Part shown: positions 1 to 7,200 of the stretch, one piece after another
How the letters are laid out: every line of letters starts with the position of its first letter
Position numbering within the stretch: the stretch's first letter is position 1
DNA from: a virus
Lineage: Duplodnaviria; Caudoviricetes
Direction: 5' to 3' (one strand)
Length of the DNA stretch: 27,317 nt
Virus record (IMG/VR): IMGVR_UViG_3300046779_001651
Span: 1-27,317 of that record
Notes under the pieces: generated by a model
Database searches by the model: none
Seen by the model: the letters and a program-made list of their open reading frames with translations, nothing else
What the model was told of the DNA's origin: nothing
Position numbers and translations under genes: made by a program

Positions 1-2116
1 CGATACCTAATAGAAGACTGCCTACGCCACTAAGTAAACTACCAAGGAAGCCAAGAGCAAGGAAGAAACCTTGCAGGTAGCCGACTATCTTAATAATCCA
101 GCCGCCAAACTCGCTTTGAGCGATATTTGCGATAACTCCAGCGACTGTGTTTAAGATTCCAAAGAATGTCTTGAGTGCGCCTGCGTCTAGGATTGCCGCA
201 AAGATCTTTGCTAGGTTGACAAGAAGCTCGGCAAACACTGGGCCAGCCTCAGTACCTGCTGAAAGAATCTGCTGTAGATACGGAAGTGCGCCCTTGAGTG
301 TATCCCAAAATACCTTAACGTTTGGATCTGCGCCAAGCTGAAGAATCATCTTCACGAGTTCGCCAAAGAAACTTAGAATTGACTTGGTATTTTCAGCCGC
401 GTCAGCAAAATACTTCTTTAAGACGTTTTGACCAGATGCCGAGCCGGAGAACTCCTTAAAGTTGGCCGTGATCTCCTTGAAGTAGTCAAGAAGAATCTGG
501 CCGCCTGTGCCTGGTCCGGTGTTTGCCTTGATGATGTTGAATAGACCACCAAAGGTGTTTCCAAAGATCGTGCCGAGCTCACCTGCAACGCGGCCAGCCT
601 CATTAAAGAAGTCTGTTAGCTTCTTCTTGCCTTCCTCGGTGTCGAGGAACGACTCCCACTTTGAGGTGGAGCTGTCGAGCCAACCGATAAACTTCTCAGT
701 AAGTGGCTGCGCTGCGTTTAGAACACCAAGCGCGATTCCCCAGACATTTCCAATCACGGAACCGATGCCTTCGATGTTCTTTGCGGAGTCGCTGAATAGC
801 TGCCCTAGATCCTTTAGGTTACCTGCATCACGAATCGCGTCGGCGATCTTGATTGACGCATTGCCTAGTGCGTCTCCAACCTCGCCTAGTCCCTTCTTCC
901 AGACACCAAATGTTGGTCCAGAGAACAGACTGTCAAGTGCCTGCTGAAGCTTAGGCAGGAACGTCGCCGCAGCGGCTTCCTTTAGCTCGTCGATCTTTGG
1001 CTTTAGTCCCGCAAGGAACTTAGCAAATGTTTTTTGTGACTCAGTTAGACCAGCGAGTGGATCTGTACCACCTGCACCTGAATCCTTCTTAGCCAAGTCT
1101 TCATTGGCGCGCGCAAGCTCACGTCGTGCGTCACCCTCACGCTCTGCCGCGTCAATAGCGGTCTTTTCACTTTCCTTAAGCGCGTCCTGGACATCTGTCT
1201 CAGCATCAGCAATATCTTGACGTGCCTTGATAACGACGTCTGTGCCTTCGACTCCTGATTTAGCTAGTCTCTCCTGCTCTGCGCGTAGATCAGCGTTCTT
1301 GTCCTTTGCACGACGTAGGTTGAGATCAGCCTCGCGGTATGCAAGCTCAGCCTCACGACGGGCACGGGAGTTTGGTGGAAGATCTTGAACACGAGCGAGT
1401 GTCTTACGTGCGTCCTCGAGCTCCATGGCAGCTTTTTGCTCAGCGAGAGCTGCGTCTTCAGCGTCAAAGTTGAGCTGCTGAAGTTCTTCAGCGCCTTCCT
1501 TCAGTGCTTTATTGAGAGCATTCTGCGCATCTGTGAGTTTGTCCTTTGACTTTGTGATGTTGTCCTCGGCGTCAAGAACAGCCTCTTCATTATCTCGGAT
1601 TACTCGTAAAAGATTACGCTTAGCATCTTCAACACGACGGATAGCCGCAGTGTTGTCAGCCGCACCTTTTGTTGCATTTTTATTTAGCGCTGATACCGCT
1701 GCACCCACTCCACCTAGGGCAAGTCGCGCAGTTATCATACCTACAGCAAGCGACGCAAACGCACCACCAAGTGCCATAACGGCTGGAACAGCTGAAAGCG
1801 CAGCTGAGCCTAATGCGACTAAGCCACCACCAAGCGCACCCAGGCTAGAGACAAGTGTACCGGCGACAGTTTGGAGTGAGAAGCCAGTTCTTTGCAAACT
1901 AGCCCATGCCTTTTGAGTTGAAAGAGCCTTCGTGATTGTGTCATCAGAGAACAGCTTCATTCCCTTTGAGCCAAACGCCTTGTGGAACGCAGTTCCAGCC
2001 TTACGTCCAGCAGAACCGGAGATGCCAGTCAGCTTGTTCATGTCTCGTGCGACTGCACGTTCAAATCCCGCCGTGATAGGGCGGATGATTATATGTGCCT
2101 CACCGACAATTGCCAT
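1..2116 (-). CDS. Tape measure protein, N-terminal part (runs off the left edge)
   Basis: ATG at 2116 with GAGGAGG RBS; reads MAIVGEAHIIIRPITAGFERAVARDMNKL, then Ala/Gly-rich hydrophobic and coiled-coil segments. Lies directly after the tail chaperone genes. Probably missing from the ORF track because its stop lies outside the window. Confidence 0.88.
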   Translation of the reverse strand, partial: MAIVGEAHIIIRPITAGFERAVARDMNKLTGISGSAGRKAGTAFHKAFGSKGMKLFSDDTITKALSTQKAWASLQRTGFSLQTVAGTLVSSLGALGGGLVALGSAALSAVPAVMALGGAFASLAVGMITARLALGGVGAAVSALNKNATKGAADNTAAIRRVEDAKRNLLRVIRDNEEAVLDAEDNITKSKDKLTDAQNALNKALKEGAEELQQLNFDAEDAALAEQKAAMELEDARKTLARVQDLPPNSRARREAELAYREADLNLRRAKDKNADLRAEQERLAKSGVEGTDVVIKARQDIADAETDVQDALKESEKTAIDAAEREGDARRELARANEDLAKKDSGAGGTDPLAGLTESQKTFAKFLAGLKPKIDELKEAAAATFLPKLQQALDSLFSGPTFGVWKKGLGEVGDALGNASIKIADAIRDAGNLKDLGQLFSDSAKNIEGIGSVIGNVWGIALGVLNAAQPLTEKFIGWLDSSTSKWESFLDTEEGKKKLTDFFNEAGRVAGELGTIFGNTFGGLFNIIKANTGPGTGGQILLDYFKEITANFKEFSGSASGQNVLKKYFADAAENTKSILSFFGELVKMILQLGADPNVKVFWDTLKGALPYLQQILSAGTEAGPVFAELLVNLAKIFAAILDAGALKTFFGILNTVAGVIANIAQSEFGGWIIKIVGYLQGFFLALGFLGSLLSGVGSLLLGI

Positions 2117-2148
2117 CGGTACACCTCCTCTCTAATACTCGACTGTGA

Positions 2149-2567
2149 CTATCCTAGTGGAGCGTCTAGGACGCTTCCAAAAGGTTTTGCCGCGCCTGGA
2201 TTAAACTCCGTCGGCGGCGTGTACGGCTTTATCTTTTGTGCTGGGTTGAACGGTTCGATTGGAGCTTCCGCCTGGAAGCCTGGGTCATCGTCCCAGGTTT
2301 GCGCTGCACCTGCCGTGCTTGGTCGTGCATGCGCATACTCTCTCTTGTAAAGGTTTCTATAGATAGATGACCTTGTCTTGTCACGCGCGTCTGCCTCCTC
2401 GGCAGTTGCAACGTGCAGGTCCTCCTCAAAGAAGTAGTGAAGGACGTCAAGCATGTCCCTTGCGGGCATTTCTGCTAGTTGTAATCCGTTCACTAAACCT
2501 TTTCCATTCACGTAGGGCCAGACGTCAATTCCCCAGCTTAAGAGAGATCTGGCTGCTGTTCCGGGCG
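2149..2567 (-). CDS. Tail assembly chaperone, frameshift-extended (G-T type) C-terminal part
   Basis: ORF 2149..2511 has no clear RBS; its frame stays open upstream across the end of the previous gene in the -1 frame (..PGTAARSLLSWGIDVWPYVNGK..). Located just before the tape measure gene. Confidence 0.72.
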
Positions 2568-2879
2568 GCCAGTGTACTCCTCTACAAGCCAGCCTGTAAT
2601 TTCAGCTAGAGTCTCAACTGAAACGATACGGTGCTTATCCTTTAGAAGTGCATCAAAACGTGTCCAGCTTTCATCCTGAAGAACGAGCTCAAAGAACTCG
2701 TTTACCATTGCCGCTGCCTTTGCTGGATCCTCAGTACTTGAGTTGGCAATCATGTCAAGCATGAGCTTTCCTTGTACCTCAGGTACGCAGTTAAATTCCT
2801 CGCCGTGGATCTTGAATGATAGCGGAGCTTTTTCTCCTGCTCCACCGCTTCCAAAGTCCTTGAATCTCTGGTTTGTCAT
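2538..2879 (-). CDS. Tail assembly chaperone (G type)
   Basis: 113 aa, AAGGA RBS, ends EEYTGRPEQQ; position in the tail module before the tape measure gene. Confidence 0.78.
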   Translation of the reverse strand: MTNQRFKDFGSGGAGEKAPLSFKIHGEEFNCVPEVQGKLMLDMIANSSTEDPAKAAAMVNEFFELVLQDESWTRFDALLKDKHRIVSVETLAEITGWLVEEYTGRPEQQPDLS

Positions 2880-2909
2880 GGTTTCCTTTTCTCTTCCTTC
2901 ATGTGTCTT

Positions 2910-2940
2910 AGAGATGCTTATCTCTGGAGTTATCCTATCA
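2910..2940 (-). promoter_or_regulatory. Possible extended -10 promoter (TGaTAGGAT) and small leader hairpin upstream of the chaperone gene
   Basis: TGnTAGGAT at 2940-2932; hairpin AGAGAT-aagc-ATCTCT at 2925-2910. Confidence 0.3.
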
Positions 2941-3324
2941 AATGATTGCTAGGTATAGGTTGTCTTTAAGGTACCGGTTAGGACGTGTACCTGGGTGCAT
3001 AACCTTGCGTGTGTAAACGACGCGAGCGCCTGCTGTAAAACGCAAGACCTTTGCCTTATTAGGTGTGATGACGTGCGGACGTGTACCTTCGTGGTGCATT
3101 AGCGCGTAGTCACGACTTGATCCTACCTTGACAAACTGTCCACGCGCGTCAACACCATGGCGCATGTGAATTGACGCACGGAGCATGCCAGTCTTTACAC
3201 CAACCTGCCCTTTTGCTGCCATCATCACGATACGTCCACGCTTGGCGATGTGACGGCCAACCATGCCCGTTGGATGGTTGAGCATGTGATCCATTGTTGG
3301 ATACGGCTTAAAGACCACAGGCAT
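2938..3324 (-). CDS. HK97 gp10-like tail completion/neck protein
   Basis: Motifs VKTGMLRASI, YALMHHEGT and HPGTRPNRYL are typical of the family; head-tail module position. Confidence 0.75.
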   Translation of the reverse strand: MPVVFKPYPTMDHMLNHPTGMVGRHIAKRGRIVMMAAKGQVGVKTGMLRASIHMRHGVDARGQFVKVGSSRDYALMHHEGTRPHVITPNKAKVLRFTAGARVVYTRKVMHPGTRPNRYLKDNLYLAII

Positions 3325-3827
3325 TATGGCACCACCAAAGAGATCTGCATGTTGACGACGCTAAATCCACCCTCAGGTTGAGGAGCATCGACGGTGGCAA
3401 TAACGCCAAGACCTAGTGATGTCTCGTCCCAAGGTTCAAGCTGTTTCATTGACTCCATAAGTACCCATGCGTCTACCGCTGAGATGGCCGAGCCTTCCTC
3501 GATCTTGTCAGCGGACGGTGCACGTCCATTTTGTCCAACGACTGGAACTGGTCGTGCAACTGAGATTGTTAGTACCGCAGTGCGCGGTACTTCACAACGT
3601 TGCGGGGTTGCTGCCTGATCACCAGGGGTGCCTAGATACATCTGAATAAAGCTCACAACTAACTGCTCACAGTCGATTACTGGAGCACCCATCGTCCAAT
3701 ACCTACGGGTAGGAAGTGGTACGCTGTAGGATGTAAACACTGACTCAACACGCTCAAGTACGGTGTCCATCATGTTCTTAAGATTTAGTGCGTCTTCATT
3801 GACGTCGGCGATATCTATGATTGGCAT
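3324..3827 (-). CDS. Tail terminator-like protein
   Basis: 167 aa with DCEQLVV and terminal P-x-GG motifs, as in actinophage tail terminators; synteny. Confidence 0.6.
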   Translation of the reverse strand: MPIIDIADVNEDALNLKNMMDTVLERVESVFTSYSVPLPTRRYWTMGAPVIDCEQLVVSFIQMYLGTPGDQAATPQRCEVPRTAVLTISVARPVPVVGQNGRAPSADKIEEGSAISAVDAWVLMESMKQLEPWDETSLGLGVIATVDAPQPEGGFSVVNMQISLVVP

Positions 3828-3829
3828 GG

Positions 3830-3919
3830 CTAGATTGCCTCATTTAGGCCCATGGAAACACCCAGGTCCATGTATGAAAGTGTCTCTACGGGCGTCTGAG
3901 CGCCTCGGTTTTTCGTCAT
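3830..3919 (-). CDS. Small ORF, 29 aa (MTKNRGAQTPVETLSYMDLGVSMGLNEAI)
   Basis: AAGGAG RBS well spaced from the ATG at 3919; TAG stop 2 nt before the next start; fills the intergenic gap. Confidence 0.5.
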   Translation of the reverse strand: MTKNRGAQTPVETLSYMDLGVSMGLNEAI

Positions 3920-3938
3920 TTTGACTCCTTTTGTCTTT

Positions 3939-5081
3939 TTATTCCGCACCGATGGTAAATGCGGTAACACTTGATGATGCTAGGCTAAGTGCAATGTTGC
4001 CGTCACAGACAAACACCGTCTCCGTTTCTTCAGGGTCTAGTGGGTTTGGTCGTGACACATATAGATCCCATGAGCCAGGGTCTACCATGCCAAGGACTGT
4101 CTTAGCATCTGACCAGCCAACTGTAAAGGTGATCTTTTCTGTGGTCGAGTTTATTGACACGCCGTCTGTAATCACGGCGGACTTTGTCTCGCCATAGTTG
4201 CGGATTGTAAGTTCTGTCGTCCACTCGTCATCAAGTAGGAAGTCAGCATTTAGATATTCAAGGGTAACTGTAGATGATCCAGCACCATTTGCGGCAACGC
4301 GAATGTCTAGCTCGCTTGTTCCAACCTTTGGAGGTTTTGGCGTGTAGCGACGACCGCGTGGAACGTCAGGACTAAATACACGAGCCTTTGCGCGTGCCTT
4401 GTCAGGGTTTACTGACTTCAAGAATAAGTCTACCGCATAGATACCTGTGCGCAGGTCGTCAATGAAGTCCTGGCTGTCTAGCAAGGTGTATGAAACACCC
4501 TGGCGGGTGATAGACGTTACACGTTGTGGAAGGGCACAGTCATCGTCACCGTTCCACAGCTTACAGAACTCCAAGGCCAGCGTGCGTGCTGCCATCTTTC
4601 CGGCTGTAGGGACGTATGAACCGTATGAATAGGTAATCTCGATGTTGCATGGTGTCCAAGGAACACCAGCGGCTGCCTGGATCGTGGAGTGATCTACTAG
4701 GTAGTAGCTCGATGGATCGACAACGTTTCCGTTACGGTCGCGGATTGTGTGGATTCTAGTTACTGGTCGTCCACGAAGCTTGATACGTGAATTAGGCGAC
4801 ATGCCGTCAGAGACGATGTCAGAAAAATCGTCAAACTCCTCAGTCGGGATGTTGTAGACATCACCGTCTAGAAGTGCGGGTGTGTATGTCCGGGAGGAGG
4901 CGCCAAGTCGATATGAACGTTGAGCACAAACGTAGCGCTCAGTTACTGTTGTTACGCCGCTGTATTTGCGGCCTGAAAGTGCCCAAAGAAGGTTAGACGC
5001 AGTCTTGCAGGCTTCGTACGCAAACTCTGTATCAGAGTATGTACTGCCAAGCTCTTCAGGTGTAATCCATAAATTGCTCAC
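3939..5081 (-). CDS. Head-to-tail adaptor with C-terminal beta-rich extension
   Basis: LLWALSGRKY, C-x-LP-x-RVTSITRQGVS and TGIYAVDLFL..NP motifs of actinophage adaptors. Confidence 0.78.
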   Translation of the reverse strand: MSNLWITPEELGSTYSDTEFAYEACKTASNLLWALSGRKYSGVTTVTERYVCAQRSYRLGASSRTYTPALLDGDVYNIPTEEFDDFSDIVSDGMSPNSRIKLRGRPVTRIHTIRDRNGNVVDPSSYYLVDHSTIQAAAGVPWTPCNIEITYSYGSYVPTAGKMAARTLALEFCKLWNGDDDCALPQRVTSITRQGVSYTLLDSQDFIDDLRTGIYAVDLFLKSVNPDKARAKARVFSPDVPRGRRYTPKPPKVGTSELDIRVAANGAGSSTVTLEYLNADFLLDDEWTTELTIRNYGETKSAVITDGVSINSTTEKITFTVGWSDAKTVLGMVDPGSWDLYVSRPNPLDPEETETVFVCDGNIALSLASSSVTAFTIGAE

Positions 5082-5114
5082 TGCGCGTCCTTCACTACTA
5101 GTCCGTTTTTAGTA

Positions 5115-5168
5115 AAACGGGCGACGTACCTGTGTATAAATTCTTACACATCGGCACGCCGCCCGTTT
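5115..5168 (-). terminator. Long hairpin (terminator or processing site) after the major tail gene
   Basis: 22-bp stem with a 2-nt bulge; two G-U pairs form only on the minus-strand RNA; ends in UUUU. Confidence 0.7.
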
Positions 5169-5176
5169 AAGCTAAA

Positions 5177-6220
5177 TTAGGCTGTTGGGTCCTCTGTCGA
5201 CGCGATGATGAAGTCGATGTCCTCATCTGCGTTGTAGTTCTCGTTACCAGGTACGTTGTACGCGGTAGTTGAACCTTCCGATGTGAAGTCGGTAACTGCA
5301 CGGCTGTTAGCTGCAACAAGTGCTGTACCGCTGTCGCTTGTCGATGAGATCGAGGCGCTTGTCTTAGTGAAGGTGAACGTTGTTGTTGTCGGAACAGACG
5401 CGATTGTCCATGTACCGTCAAGTGCATCGTTGGTCAGACCATCGATAACAACTGTATCTCCAGCAGCGAAGCCGTGGGCTGTCGATGTGGTGATTGTAGC
5501 TGTTGTGCCAGTCTGTGCAACGTTCGATACAGTCTTGGAGATGTCTCCGTGCCATGTGTAGAAACCGTTGCGGCCAGTTGGTGCCCATGTGGTACGTGCA
5601 TATGAATATGGACGCTCTGTTGCGATTGGGAATTCCCAACGCTCATCTAGACCAGAACCAAAGTTTGTGTTTCCTAGGCCGTAACCCTCGAAGGTGTTAG
5701 CAAGTAGGCCGTTTTCAATAACACGGTCACCTGACTGACGAACCTTAACGTATGGGAATACCCAGTGGAAGTAAGGAAGAGTAGCGCTCTTCTTACCGTC
5801 CTTGATTGCGTGTGACCATGTCTCGATTGCAACACCGTTAGCTGCTGGGTCATCACCAACTGCTGGTGAAGACCAACCGATTGACTTGCGGTCTGGGTCT
5901 GCGTATGTACCAAGGTTCTTGCGAAGAAGTAGACCACCTGAAAGAAGCTGTGTTAGCTCTGGGTCTGGCTCACAAATTGCAAGTTCCATTGTAATGCGCT
6001 TCAATGTGTCCGGTGACTTGTAAACCACACAAACGGTGCCATCGGCAGCCTTCTCTGTGATCTCGTCGCCTTCTTCGTATTCAGGGGTGAATGACACACG
6101 AATGAACGCTGATGTGGTGTAGCTATCGCCTGGTTCATTCAGAAGATTACCTGCCGCATCGAGGCGAGTAACTCGAATGGACACACCTTGAATGCTCGCG
6201 GCGTAATCTTGAGTTGCCAT
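5177..6220 (-). CDS. Major tail protein with inserted Thr-rich accessory domain
   Basis: IRVTRLD..G, EEGDEI..K.A.G.VC and YFHWVFP motifs; TAAGGAG RBS. Confidence 0.85.
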   Translation of the reverse strand: MATQDYAASIQGVSIRVTRLDAAGNLLNEPGDSYTTSAFIRVSFTPEYEEGDEITEKAADGTVCVVYKSPDTLKRITMELAICEPDPELTQLLSGGLLLRKNLGTYADPDRKSIGWSSPAVGDDPAANGVAIETWSHAIKDGKKSATLPYFHWVFPYVKVRQSGDRVIENGLLANTFEGYGLGNTNFGSGLDERWEFPIATERPYSYARTTWAPTGRNGFYTWHGDISKTVSNVAQTGTTATITTSTAHGFAAGDTVVIDGLTNDALDGTWTIASVPTTTTFTFTKTSASISSTSDSGTALVAANSRAVTDFTSEGSTTAYNVPGNENYNADEDIDFIIASTEDPTA

Positions 6221-6254
6221 GTCTACTTTCTCCTTATGTTCCTGTTAGTTATGC

Positions 6255-7133
6255 TTATACGTTTGGTAGTGTAATCTGTGCAGAGTAATGACATGAAGGG
6301 TCAAAGTACACCGCAGCAGCGCGAACTGCCTTGATCAGCATATCGTTAATACTAACATTAGCTCCTTGGGCCAGACTGTCGTTTACGACCTCTGGCTTGG
6401 AGAGGTGCACAGACACTGGGCCTGTTGCAAACATCCACTTGTTAGTTAGTGATGCTGTTGCTGCGCCATCTCCAACTGGTCCGTTACCTGAGTAACCTGA
6501 ACCAATGACTACGTCAGTTCCAAGACGTGTCATAACACGCGCCTTCTTATCATCAGAACCTGGAACGTATACGAGACGCGAACCTAGAAGTGATGCAACG
6601 TCGCGAGTCATGTGGATAACGCCATTTGCGCCAACCGGTGAATTCGCTAGTGCTCCTTCTAGAAGATATAGTGCTTCAGAAGCGTTGTGAACGCCGTTGC
6701 TTACCTCTGTTGCCGCACCTGTTTTTGTCAGGTATGGGTTACCGGTTGCCTCACCTTGTGCAGCAACACCGTCCCAGAGTTCTAGCTCAACGGCTTTTTG
6801 GCTTGCAGCTTCGAGCTGGGCTAGAACCTTTGAAAAGCGGTCCTCACCAGGAAGACCAAAAGCTGAGCTTAGATCTTCAACCTCGATGAAAAACGGGGTG
6901 TAGTCCTCGTAGTTGCTGCCATGTGAGCCGTCGTAGATTTCTCCACCAGTGACGGTCTCATCATTGACTGTAAGAAGACGCACGGTTGGGCGTGAGTCAA
7001 ATTCGTGTGAGAAACCACGAACCCAGCGCTCGTCATACTCGCGCGCTGTGTGAGTCATCACATCAGCGACGCTAAAAAGGCCTACTGGAGAAGGGACCAG
7101 CTTAGGGGCTGGGTAAATTCCACGGAATGCCAT
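6255..7133 (-). CDS. Second capsid protein (major capsid pentamer-type)
   Basis: 292 aa directly after the major capsid gene; GLFSVA, E..LW, G.IH, T..GT.VV.G.GY and W.FATGPV motifs resemble pentamer proteins of cluster B-like phages. Confidence 0.68.
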   Translation of the reverse strand: MAFRGIYPAPKLVPSPVGLFSVADVMTHTAREYDERWVRGFSHEFDSRPTVRLLTVNDETVTGGEIYDGSHGSNYEDYTPFFIEVEDLSSAFGLPGEDRFSKVLAQLEAASQKAVELELWDGVAAQGEATGNPYLTKTGAATEVSNGVHNASEALYLLEGALANSPVGANGVIHMTRDVASLLGSRLVYVPGSDDKKARVMTRLGTDVVIGSGYSGNGPVGDGAATASLTNKWMFATGPVSVHLSKPEVVNDSLAQGANVSINDMLIKAVRAAAVYFDPSCHYSAQITLPNV

Positions 7134-7170
7134 GTTCTTTTCTTTCTCCTTTGTACCTTTTTAGCGTCGC
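7066..7170. repeat. Perfect 15-bp inverted repeat enclosing the RBS and start of the pentamer gene
   Basis: gcgacgctaaaaagg (7066-7080) and cctttttagcgtcgc (7156-7170). Confidence 0.9.
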
Positions 7171-7200
7171 CTAGTGATTGACTACTTGTTACCTATCGGC

